Assembly: GCA_033763675.1 (NCBI GenBank) | Contig: JANRJZ010000178.1 | Location: 1 to 63,543, forward strand | DNA length: 63,543 nucleotides | Direction: 5' to 3' | Source: Gemmatimonadota bacterium | GTDB taxonomy: Bacteria > Gemmatimonadota > Gemmatimonadetes > Gemmatimonadales > GWC2-71-9 | Shown: positions 45,485 through 54,700 of the stretch, in pieces | Position numbering within the stretch: the stretch's first letter is position 1 | Layout: each line of letters starts with the position of its first letter | Made by a program: the position numbers and the translations under genes | The notes under the pieces: generated by a model | Seen by the model: the letters and a program-made list of their open reading frames with translations, nothing else | Told to the model about the DNA's origin: nothing | Databases searched by the model: none

Positions 45485-45525
45485 CGGTAGCGACGGTAAC
45501 GACGGTACCGTCGCTACTAGTCGTC
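45483..45525. repeat. CGACGGTA-family array with a central 14-nt perfect palindrome (cgacggtaccgtcg)
   Basis: agcggtag cgacggta acgacggta ccgtcgct actagtcg. Read directly, immediately after the propeller stop. Confidence 0.75.
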
Positions 45526-45556
45526 CGCTTCAACCTTGATAACCGTCGCCGTGAGC

Positions 45557-45674
45557 GCCGTCGGGCTCCTACACCGACCTCTTCGGCGCCATCGCGCTGG
45601 CCACCGCCGGCGGCACGGTGGCCGGCACCATCGGCGCGATGTTCCTGCTGCCGCCGATGCTGGTGAGGCGGTAG
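45557..45674 (+). pseudogene. Copy of the last ~100 nt of the RND-2 gene (includes its stop codon)
   Basis: From caccgacctcttcggcgcc to ggtgaggcggtag I count about 103 consecutive nt identical to 41659-41761. Confidence 0.9.
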
Positions 45675-45722
45675 GGCGGTAAGGCGGTAGGGGGTTGTAA
45701 GGGGCTGTAAGGGTGGGTGGTT
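45663..45722. repeat. G-rich 8-nt periodic array (GGCGGTAG / GGCGGTAA family)
   Basis: gtgaggcg gtagggcg gtaaggcg gtaggggg ttgtaagg ggctgtaa gggtgggt. Homologous to 43174-43236. Confidence 0.7.
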
Positions 45723-45890
45723 AGTTGGCTGGTGGCCAAACCCAAGGCAGGGCGGCTGTACGGATCTCGGCACTCTTGACAGCATGGGGGGGGTCCTAAC
45801 TTCTGACTTGCAATTGACTAGCAACTGTGATTTGCTGCCCCAAGGCTACCTGACCCGAAGGGCGCTCGCGGCGCCACCGGGGAGGTCTGG

Positions 45891-46523
45891 ATGCCCCCGC
45901 TCAAGTCTCTGGCCCGGCTCGCCGGGTTCCTGCTGCTCGGCTCCGTGTCCTTCGCCATTGCCCACACCCTTGCCAGCGATGCTCGGGCGGAGCGAGTCGC
46001 AGCGACGCGGCATGCTGACTCCCTTGCAACGCGCGATGGTCCGGGCCTGCTCGCCGTCTACATTGGCTCGTCGCGGTGCCCGTGGTGCCGGGACCCGAAA
46101 GTCCCGGTGCTGCTGCGGGAGATTCACGCCCGTATGATCGCCCTTGCGGACTCCATTGGAGTCGGATATCGAATGGTTGGATTGGCGGTTGACCAGCAAC
46201 CAGAGCCGGGTCTCGGCCACCTTCGTCGCGTCGGGCGCATGTTCAACGAAATGTCCAGCGGTGGTGAGTGGCAAGGACTGGCGGTCTCCCCCTTGCTCTG
46301 GGGTGCATTGTCAGGTGAGCCCGGCACGCCGCAAGTGATCCTCCTCCGCCGAACGGTGCGACGGATGGTGCCGGACAGCGGACCGGTACGGTTCGAGATC
46401 GCGGATGAGATGGTGTTGCGGCGCTTGGTGGGGCTGAATGCCATTGAACAGTGGGTCAACGCGGGCCAGGTGCTGGGGACCGTCGGCTTCTCGCAACCAC
46501 AGGGCGTGGCTTTCTCCCAGTAG
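45891..46523 (+). CDS. Membrane-anchored thioredoxin-fold-like protein with a CPWC motif, module B copy 2
   Basis: 210 aa. The first ~70 codons are nearly identical at nucleotide level to 43409-43620, and the remainder is diverged. LLAVYIGSSRCPWCRD. Confidence 0.6.
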   Translation: MPPLKSLARLAGFLLLGSVSFAIAHTLASDARAERVAATRHADSLATRDGPGLLAVYIGSSRCPWCRDPKVPVLLREIHARMIALADSIGVGYRMVGLAVDQQPEPGLGHLRRVGRMFNEMSSGGEWQGLAVSPLLWGALSGEPGTPQVILLRRTVRRMVPDSGPVRFEIADEMVLRRLVGLNAIEQWVNAGQVLGTVGFSQPQGVAFSQ

Positions 46524-46643
46524 TGCCTCGGAGCTGACCCGGGCGTTGATGGCCCGGAAGGTTCGGGCGACACCAACCAAGTTCCCATGCAGTTGTTCGC
46601 CTCGTAAGTTGCGCTCGACGCAGTCTACCACGGAGGTAGGGCT

Positions 46644-46856
46644 ATGTGGACCCGACTTGGGATGTCCTCGGTGAAGGTCATGGTATTGGCAGTCCTCGTG
46701 GGCGGTGGGCTGGGCGCTCTCGTCGGAGCATTGCCACTCGCGGCCGAGGAGACGTGCCCGCAACTTCAGTGCCTCTACGGGTACTGCCAGCCAGGTGGTG
46801 GTGCCACCTTTTGCTGGCACGTCGGCAGTGAGGGATGCATTCTCCAGGTCTGCTGA
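46644..46856 (+). CDS. Secreted 6-Cys mini-protein precursor (70 aa), module B copy 2
   Basis: GGAGG Shine-Dalgarno 7 nt upstream. MWTRLGMSSVKVMVLAVLVGGGLGALVGALPLAA, then EETCPQLQCLYGYCQPGGGATFCWHVGSEGCILQVC. Confidence 0.7.
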   Translation: MWTRLGMSSVKVMVLAVLVGGGLGALVGALPLAAEETCPQLQCLYGYCQPGGGATFCWHVGSEGCILQVC

Positions 46857-46862
46857 GGGCGA

Positions 46863-48002
46863 TTGGTGCGCCCGCCACTGCTACGCTGTTGGCTGAGCTG
46901 CGTCCTGTTCGGTGGTTCGATTGCGTGTGCCGATGGTAGCACGGGACGCGCGGACAATGCCGGATCAGGCCGGATGCATCCAGTCGAGCGGTATGTCGCC
47001 AGCGATATGCCTCCGTCTTTCAGCACGGCGCTGGACGGGGCCAACACGACTCTCCCTTTCCGCTTGGGGACACAGGCCATCGCGGCATCCCCAACCGGCG
47101 GGGCGGGCGCCGAGTCACCCATCGGCCGCATCGCGAGGGGTGCGCTCCTGGCCTCGGGCGACATCGTGGTGCTCGACGACGGCGCCATGGTGGCCCACTT
47201 GTATGGCCCCGATGGCACTCCGAAAGCCCTCATTGGAAAGCCAGGCTCGGGTCCCGGCGAGTTTCGACGGCTGATCGCCCTCACGGAGGCGGCCGATGGC
47301 GGGCTGCTGATCTCAGACGCCGACCGGGTCGTGCAGCGCTACTCCCCGGCGGGGCCCGGATATCGATTCGTCGGGGACATGCGGCTACCCGTGGACGCCG
47401 AGGACATGTGCCGCCTCGGCGCTAACCTGGTCGTCCATGGACTGACCGCCGCCGATCCGAGATTGCTTCGAGTCTACCGTGACTCAGGCGGCCAGGTTAG
47501 TACCTTCGGCGAGTACTATCGTTCACCAAGCCCGCTGGTGAACGAGGTGCTGGGCAAGGGTAGGATCCTCTGCGAACCGACCCGAGACCTGGTGGTGTTC
47601 GCCCCCAATAGCGCCGTGAGTGAGGCACGGGCCTTTGGTGCCGACGGCACCCCGGTGTGGCGTGTCGTGTTTCGGGGAAGCCGAGCCGACCGGATCGAGG
47701 AAACTGAAGGCGGTTACAGCTGGAAGTTCTCCACCGATGGCCGACACCAGCTGCTGAGTCTCGTGCGACTCCCTGCTCGAGGAATCCTGATCCAGTGGAC
47801 CTTCCTCACCCGTGAGGAGGCCGTGGCCCGAGCCTCCTACGGTACGATCCTCAGCTTCCTGCTCGATCCGGTAACGGGTGAGCCTATCGGGCCCGATACG
47901 ACTCTCCCGCCAATCCTCGCGGCGACCGACTCGACCGTTCTCATCGGATACGAGGATCCGGAGCCCCGCTTCGAAGTGCGGGCTCTTGAACCGCGACGCT
48001 AA
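46863..48002 (+). CDS. Beta-propeller-like lipoprotein (copy 8), module B copy 2
   Basis: TTG/GTG start giving LVRPPLLRCWLSCVLFGGSIAC (lipobox-like). GKPGSGPGEF motif. The C-terminus ARASYGTILSFLLDPVTGEPIGPDTTLPPILAATDSTVLIGYEDPEPRFEVRALEPRR is close to copy 6. Confidence 0.7.
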   Translation: MVRPPLLRCWLSCVLFGGSIACADGSTGRADNAGSGRMHPVERYVASDMPPSFSTALDGANTTLPFRLGTQAIAASPTGGAGAESPIGRIARGALLASGDIVVLDDGAMVAHLYGPDGTPKALIGKPGSGPGEFRRLIALTEAADGGLLISDADRVVQRYSPAGPGYRFVGDMRLPVDAEDMCRLGANLVVHGLTAADPRLLRVYRDSGGQVSTFGEYYRSPSPLVNEVLGKGRILCEPTRDLVVFAPNSAVSEARAFGADGTPVWRVVFRGSRADRIEETEGGYSWKFSTDGRHQLLSLVRLPARGILIQWTFLTREEAVARASYGTILSFLLDPVTGEPIGPDTTLPPILAATDSTVLIGYEDPEPRFEVRALEPRR

Positions 48003-48058
48003 GGCGATCAGGCAATCGGGCGATTGAGTCGCGGCCCAATCGCCCAATCGCCCAATCG
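48003..48058. repeat. Inverted pair of CGCCCAAT-family arrays between convergent genes
   Basis: ggcgatca ggcaatcg ggcgattg / agtcgcgg / cccaatcg cccaatcg cccaatcg. It fills the whole gap between the stops at 48002 and 48060. Confidence 0.9.
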
Positions 48059-48059
48059 T

Positions 48060-48986
48060 CTAGTTATCCACCTCCACCTTGATCGCCGTCGCGGTAATCG
48101 CCAGCGGGCTGGCAGAGGTCACCGTCCCGCGCCCTTCGGCCCGCACGGCCTGACCCGCGCCTACCGCCGCCTCGACGCTCGCCAGGGTGAAGAGATCCCC
48201 CAGCGGATCGAGCGTGACGCTTCCCACCGTGATCACCGCGCCACCGGCCAGGGTGATGGTCCCCGCGGCCGCGTCGGCCGCCGTCACCACGCCCTCGAAC
48301 TCCACGCTGCCCGTCGGGATCCCGCCGCCCGGATTGGTGAGCGACAGCTCGGTGTTGCTGGTGATCTCGACCGGGATGTTGAACACCCGCAGGATCGCGA
48401 GCGGCGGCGGGCTGGCCACGGTCTCCAGGTTGTCGCTGTCCACGTACACCTCGATCTTGGGCTCGTCGGTCTGGTCCTCGAGCCGCAGGTCATTGGCGGT
48501 GAAGCTGGCATCGGTCGGGGCCTGAGCCGACCCGGGCGCGCTGCGCCGGGCCTCGATGGGCGGATGCTGGCCGGCGCCGAGCGCCGCCGTGATCGCCGCT
48601 TCCCACTCGCTCCGGCTCACCCGGCTGTCACTCGGGGTGCGGAACCGGGTGCCGCTGCCGTAGCTCACCACCATCCCGCCCAGGTCCAGCGTGACCGTCC
48701 CGGCCACCGGATCGATCGCGGCCACGGTGCTCACGAACTTCTCTTCCTGGTCATCGGCCTCGACGTGCACCTCGCGCGCCTCGAGCCCGCCGGGGAGGAG
48801 CTTGATCTCGATCCGGGTGGTCCAGGTGCCGAGGGTGCTGTCGAACTGGCTCAGGCTGATGACCTGGCCGAGCTGGGTGGGCGGGTTGTTGCCGCCACTG
48901 GGGCCGGTCGAATCGCCGCAGGCGGCGAGCAGGGCGGACCCGGCCAGCGCCAGGGTCGTCAGGGTGTGCTTCGCGAGCTTGTACAT
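48060..48986 (-). CDS. Lipoprotein, hypothetical (DUF5666-like repeats possible)
   Basis: I chose the start at MYKLAKHTLTTLALAGSALLAAC (lipobox), with GGAGGAACG upstream. Repeated G.VT.VD...GT.TL.G..V motifs. The longer track ORF (to 49451) is an Arg/Pro-rich artefact extension. Confidence 0.65.
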   Translation of the reverse strand: MYKLAKHTLTTLALAGSALLAACGDSTGPSGGNNPPTQLGQVISLSQFDSTLGTWTTRIEIKLLPGGLEAREVHVEADDQEEKFVSTVAAIDPVAGTVTLDLGGMVVSYGSGTRFRTPSDSRVSRSEWEAAITAALGAGQHPPIEARRSAPGSAQAPTDASFTANDLRLEDQTDEPKIEVYVDSDNLETVASPPPLAILRVFNIPVEITSNTELSLTNPGGGIPTGSVEFEGVVTAADAAAGTITLAGGAVITVGSVTLDPLGDLFTLASVEAAVGAGQAVRAEGRGTVTSASPLAITATAIKVEVDN

Positions 48987-49210
48987 CGTTCCTCCAGGGA
49001 AATCGTGGGTGACTGTCCGTCTGACTCCCCCTTCCAAGGCACGCCCGGTGCCGCCCGTCCGACCGGCTAAGTTGTTGTGCTGTAACGACGGCCTCCGCGG
49101 CGCCCGTACCGAATCGCTACGGGTGGATTGCGCCGGACCGTGTGGGGCGCCCTCGGAAACGTTGCAAGTCGCGCTCAACGAATCCTTTAGAGAATCCGTA
49201 ACCCACTCGT

Positions 49211-50686
49211 ATGCCTCGGCTGATCCCGCCCGCTGGTTGGGCCATTCTTCTGGTCCTGACCGCCTGCGCGCCCGCCTTGCCGGGGCCGCCGGGGGCTCGC
49301 CCCGTCGCCACTCGCCCCGACACCCTCTGGGTCCCGAAGGAGAATCCGCCGGCGCCGGGCGCCGGGCGGTCCGCGGTGCTGTCCGACCTCCCCCCGGAGC
49401 TGGTCGCCCGCCGGGCGGCGCTGACGCTCGAGGACGTGGTCGGGCTGGCACTGGAAGGGAACCCGGATGTCCGGGGCGCCTGGGCCACCGCGCGATCCCG
49501 CGCCGCCGCCTACGGCGCCGCCCGCGGGGCCTGGTTCCCCACCATTAATGGAGAGGCCAGCGCCACCCGGCTCCAGACCTCCGCCACCCAGGGCCGGTCC
49601 GCGGTGCAGCAGACGGTCTATGAGCCAAGCGCTTCCTTTACCTGGTTGCTGCTGGATGCCGGCGGCCGCGGCGGCTCCATCGCCGCGGCGCGAGAAGGGC
49701 TCATCGCCGCCAACTGGACCCACAACGCCACGCTGCAGTCGGTGGTGGCCCGGACCGCCGGCGCCTACTTCGAGTACGCCGCCGCCAAGGCGCTGCTCTC
49801 CGCCCAGCAGGTGTCGGTGCGGGAGGCGGAGACCAACCTGGCCGCCGCCGAGGAGCGGCGCCGGGTGGGTGTCGCCACCATCGCCGACGTGCTCCAGGCC
49901 CGCACCGCGCTGGCGCAGGCCCGGCTGGATCTCCAGAGCATCGAGGGAAACCTCTTCACCACTCGCGGCGCCCTCGCCGCCGCCACCGGCTACCCCGCCA
50001 CCCTCGAGTACGACATCGACACCACCGCCGTGCTCAATCCGGTGCTCGCGGTGGCGGAGCAGGTGGATACCCTGATCGAGCGGGCGCTCACCGCCCGGCC
50101 GGACCTCGCCGCCTCCCGCGCCCTCTACCAGCAGGCGTGGGCCCGGATCCGGGTGGCCGGCGCGGGAAGGCTTCCTTCATTAGTAGGTGGTGGCAACGCC
50201 GGGATCGCCTTTCAGCCGGGGCAGAGCGGCGGGCGCCAGGCGTACACCGTATCCCTCGGCCTCCGGCTCCCGATCTTCAATGGCTTCAGCTGGGAGTACC
50301 AGCGCGCCCAGGCCGTGGCGGATGCGGACGCCGCCCGCGCCCGCGCCGAGAGCCTGCAGCAGCAGGTGATCTACGAGGTCTTCAGCGCCTACTACGCGCT
50401 GCAGACCGCGACCCTGCGCGTGGCCACCGCCGACGAACTGCTCACCAGCGCCACCGAGTCCGCCGCGGCCGCCCGCGGCCGCTATCAGTCGGGGGTGGGC
50501 TCGCTGCTCGAACTGCTCACCGCCGAGAACGCCCTCGCCGGCGCCCGCGCCCAGCGGATCCAGGCGCGGCTCGGCTGGCAGGCCGCGCTGGTGACGCTGG
50601 CCCGGAACGCCGGCGTGCTCGATCTTCGGGGCGGGAGCACGCTCCGGCTCCAGCCCCAACTCGCTCCAACCGACAGTCAGCCATGA
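49211..50686 (+). CDS. Outer-membrane efflux lipoprotein (NodT/OprM family OMF)
   Basis: Lipobox LLVLTAC. Two OEP repeats with typical LTLEDVVGLALEGNPDV and coiled-coil Ala-rich segments. Confidence 0.85.
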   Translation: MPRLIPPAGWAILLVLTACAPALPGPPGARPVATRPDTLWVPKENPPAPGAGRSAVLSDLPPELVARRAALTLEDVVGLALEGNPDVRGAWATARSRAAAYGAARGAWFPTINGEASATRLQTSATQGRSAVQQTVYEPSASFTWLLLDAGGRGGSIAAAREGLIAANWTHNATLQSVVARTAGAYFEYAAAKALLSAQQVSVREAETNLAAAEERRRVGVATIADVLQARTALAQARLDLQSIEGNLFTTRGALAAATGYPATLEYDIDTTAVLNPVLAVAEQVDTLIERALTARPDLAASRALYQQAWARIRVAGAGRLPSLVGGGNAGIAFQPGQSGGRQAYTVSLGLRLPIFNGFSWEYQRAQAVADADAARARAESLQQQVIYEVFSAYYALQTATLRVATADELLTSATESAAAARGRYQSGVGSLLELLTAENALAGARAQRIQARLGWQAALVTLARNAGVLDLRGGSTLRLQPQLAPTDSQP

Positions 50687-51768
50687 TCCATCCAGCGCGC
50701 ATGCTCGCGGTGCTCTCGACGGCCACCCTCTCCCTTGCCTGCAAGGAAGTGGCGCCCACCGCGCCTCCGCCGGCCAGCGTGGTGGTAGCCACCGCGGTGC
50801 GGAAGGATGTGCCCGTGGTCGTGCAGGCCACCGGCAGCGTGGAGCCGATGCAGACCGCCGCCGTGGCCGCGCAGGTGGATGGGATCGTGGAGCGCGTCAC
50901 CTTCCGCGAGGGGGACGAGGTGCGGGAGGGGCAGGTGCTGTTCCAGATCGACGCCCGCCCCTACGCCTCGGCGCTGGCGCAGGCGGAAGCGGTGCTGGGG
51001 CGGGACCTGGTGCAGCTCGCCAACGCCGAGCGAGACCGGGTGCGGATGGAGGACCTGGCAGAGAAGGAGTATGTCACCCAGCAGCAGGTGGACCAGGCGC
51101 GCTCCGCCGCGCTGGCGCTCGCCGCCACGATCCGCGCCGACTCTGCCCAGCTGGAGCGCGCCCGGCTCGACCTGGAGCGCGCCACCGTGCGGGCGCCGAT
51201 CACCGGCCGCGCCGGCTCGGTCCTGGTGCGCACCGGCAACCTGGTCCGGGCCAGCTCGGGGCAGCCGCTGGTGCTGATCAACCAGATTGCCCCGATCCTG
51301 GTGCGCTTCCCCGTGCCGGCGCGGGAACTGGCGGGGATCCAGCAGGCCGGGGGCGGCCTCTCCGTCACCGCGATGCCGGTGGGGGACGGCAGCCAGGTGG
51401 AGCGGGGGACGCTGGTCTTCATTGATAACGCGGTGGATTCGCTCACCGGCACCATCGTGCTCAAGGCCAGCTTCCCCAACCAGCGCCGCCTGCTGTGGCC
51501 GGGGGCGCTGGTGCGGGTGACGCTGACGGTGACGGTGGAGCGGAATGCCCTGGTGGTGCCGGTGAGCGCGCTGATCACGGGCCAGCAGGGCACCCAGGTC
51601 TTCGTCGTGGGGGACAGCGACCGGGTGCACCTCAAGCCGGTGACGGTGTTGCGCTCCAGCGACTCGCTGGCGGTGCTGGGCGCCGGCCTCGCTGAGGGAG
51701 ACCGGGTGGTGATTGATGGCCAGGTCCGAGTTACGGAGGGCGCCCGGGTCCGGGTGCTGACGCCATGA
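50683..51768 (+). CDS. RND efflux periplasmic adaptor (AcrA/MexA-like)
   Basis: The ATG at 50683 overlaps the OMF stop (ATGA). Lipobox TLSLAC. GQVLFQIDARPY...L.RA.LDLERATVRAPITGRAG motif. Confidence 0.88.
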   Translation: MIHPARMLAVLSTATLSLACKEVAPTAPPPASVVVATAVRKDVPVVVQATGSVEPMQTAAVAAQVDGIVERVTFREGDEVREGQVLFQIDARPYASALAQAEAVLGRDLVQLANAERDRVRMEDLAEKEYVTQQQVDQARSAALALAATIRADSAQLERARLDLERATVRAPITGRAGSVLVRTGNLVRASSGQPLVLINQIAPILVRFPVPARELAGIQQAGGGLSVTAMPVGDGSQVERGTLVFIDNAVDSLTGTIVLKASFPNQRRLLWPGALVRVTLTVTVERNALVVPVSALITGQQGTQVFVVGDSDRVHLKPVTVLRSSDSLAVLGAGLAEGDRVVIDGQVRVTEGARVRVLTP

Positions 51769-54700
51769 ACATCGCCGAGCTCTTCATCAAGCGCCCGGTC
51801 ATGACCACCTTGGTCATGGCCGGGATTCTCGTCTTCGGGGTGGCCGCGTATTTCAAGTTGCCGGTGAGTGACCTGCCCTCCATCGACTATCCCACGATCT
51901 CGGTCAATGCCAGCCTCCCCGGCGCCAGCCCCGAGACCATGGCCAGCTCGGTGGCCACGCCCCTGGAGCGGCAGTTCTCCACCATCGCCGGGCTCGACGC
52001 CCTCACCAGCACCAGCGGGCAGGGGAACGTCTCCATCACCCTGCAATTCACCCTGGACCGGGACATCGACGCGGCGGCGGCGGACGTGCAGGCGGCGATC
52101 GCGCAGACGCTGCGGCAGCTGCCGCAGAACATGGTGCCGCCCAGCTATTCCAAGGTGGACCCGTCGCAGTCGCCGGTGCTGTTCTTCGCGCTGACCTCGG
52201 CCAGCCTGCCGCTCTCCACGCTGGATGAATACGGCCAGACCCTCATCAGCCAGCGGCTCTCCACGGTGGAGGGAGTGGCGCAGGTGGCGGTGTACGGCAG
52301 CCAGAAGTACGCGGTGCGGATCCAGCTCGACCCGCAGGCGCTCGCGGCCCGGAAGATCGGGCTGGACGAGGTCTCGCGGGCCATCAGTACCGGCAACGTG
52401 AACCTGCCATCGGGGATCCTCTGGGGCACCGACCGGGCCTACGCGGTGGAGGCGGAGGGCCAGCTGGAGAGCGCGGCGGCCTTCCGGCCGCTGATCGTGG
52501 CCATGCGGGACGGCGCGCCTGTCCGCCTGGGCGACCTGGGCCGGGTCATTGACAGCGTGCAGGAGACCAAGGCGGCGAGCTGGTTCAACGGCACCCGCGC
52601 CATCGTGCTCGCGATCCAGCGCCAGCCCGGCACCAACACGGTGGCGGTGGCGGAGCGGGTCAAGGCGGCGATGGTCCAGATCCAGCGCCAGCTCCCCGCC
52701 GCGGTCAAGGTGGAGACCCTGTACGACCGCTCGGAGACGATCCAGGAGTCGCTGCACGAGGTGAAGTTCACCCTCTACCTGACGCTCTGCCTCGTGGTGC
52801 TGACGATCTTCCTCTTCCTCCGGAACATCTCCGCCACGGTGATCCCGAGCCTGGCCCTGCCGATGTCGCTGGTGGGCACCTTCGCCGTGATGTACCTGCT
52901 GGGCTACAGCCTCGACAACCTGTCGCTGATGGCGCTCACCCTCTCCGTGGGCTTCGTGGTGGATGATGCCATCGTGATGCTGGAGAACATCGTCCGCCAC
53001 ATGGAGATGGGGAAATCGGCGCGGCAGGCGGCCTTCGACGGCGCCCGCGAGATCGGCTTCACGATCATCTCGATGACGATTTCCCTGGTGGCGGTGTTCA
53101 TCCCCCTGGTGTTCATGGGCGGGCTGATCGGGCGGCTGTTCCGCGAGTTCGCGGTGACCATCGGCGTGGCCATTCTGGTCTCCGGCTTCGTGTCACTCAC
53201 GCTCACGCCGATGCTGGGCAGCCGGTTCCTCAAGCCGGGCCGCCACGGCGGGCAGGGAAGGTTCTACCTCGCCACCGAGCGAGCGTACGACGGCGCCCTG
53301 CAGCTCTACCTCCGCTCCCTCGGCTGGGTCATGGCCCGGCGGGGCGCGGCGCTGAGTGCCTCGCTGCTGATCCTGGTGGCCACGGTGTGGCTGGCGATCA
53401 TCATCCCCAAGGGCTTCCTGCCGAGCGAGGACACCGCCCAGCTCCGCGGCACCACCGAGGCCGCGGAAGGAACCAGCTTCGACGCCATGCTCCGGCTGCA
53501 GCAGCAGGCCGCCGCCATCGTGCAGGCGGACAGCAACGTGGCCGGTTTCATGTCCGCGGTGGGTTCCGGCGGCCGCGGCAGCAACATCAACCAGGGGCGG
53601 TTCTTCATTCACCTCAAGCCGCGCCGGGAGCGGGAGTTCTCCGCCGATGAGGTGGCGCGGAGCCTCTCCGGCAAGATGTCCGCGGTGCCGGGGATGAAGG
53701 TCTACTTCACCAACCCGCCGCCCATCTCCATCGGGGGCCGCAGCACCAAGAGCCTGTACCAGTACACCATCCAGGGACCGGACATCCAGGAGCTGTACGC
53801 CACCGCCGCGAAGCTCGAGGCGGCACTGCGTGCCCTCCCTGAAGTGCGGGACGTCACCAGCGACCTGCAGATCAGGAACCCCGAGGTACGGGTGAAGATC
53901 GACCGGGAGCGCACCGCCGCCTACGGCCTCACGGTGCAGGCGGTGGAGCAGGCGCTGTACGACGCCTACGGTGCCCGCCAGGTCTCCACCATTTACACCG
54001 CCACCAACCAGTACTGGGTGATCCTGGAGCTGCTGCCGGAGTACCAGCGGGACCTCGGGGCACTGAGCCTCCTCGGCCTCCGCGCCACTAACGGCTCGCT
54101 GGTACCGCTCACCGCCCTCGCGGACGTCACCCCCGACGTCGGTCCCCTCACCGTGAACCACTCGGGACAGCTCCCCTCGGTGACGCTCTCCTTTGACGTG
54201 GTGCCGGGGGTCTCGATCGGGCAGGCGGTGGCGGCAGTGGAGGCCGCCGCGGAGCCACTTCTCCCCGGCGCCGTCACCGCCCGCTTCGCGGGCACGGCCC
54301 AGGCGTTCCAGCAGTCGCAGCAGGGGCTGCTGATCCTGCTGGTCCTCGCCATCGTGGTGATCTACATCGTGCTCGGCATCCTGTACGAGAGCTTCATCCA
54401 CCCGCTCACGATTCTCTCGGGGCTGCCCTTCGCCGGGTTCGGCGCGCTGGTGACGCTGCTCATCGCCGGGCTGGACCTCAGCGTCTATGCCTTCGTGGGA
54501 ATCATCATGCTGGTGGGGCTGGTCAAGAAGAACGCCATCATGATGCTCGATTTCGCCATCGATGCCGAGCGGAAGGATGGGAAGCCGCCCGAAGCGGCCA
54601 TCCTCGAGGCGGCCCGGGTCCGCTTCCGCCCCATCATGATGACCACCTTCGCCGCGCTGCTCGGCACCCTGCCGATCGCCTTCGCCACCGGCACCGGGGC

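Noticed and set aside
45776-45802. TTGACA ... TAACTT as a sigma-70-type promoter for cassette copy 2 (the equivalent in copy 1 is GTGACA at about 43290)
   Set aside because: I measured the spacer as 15 nt in one copy and about 19 nt in the other, so the two are inconsistent. The promoter consensus for this lineage is unknown to me. It is left as an unsupported possibility.
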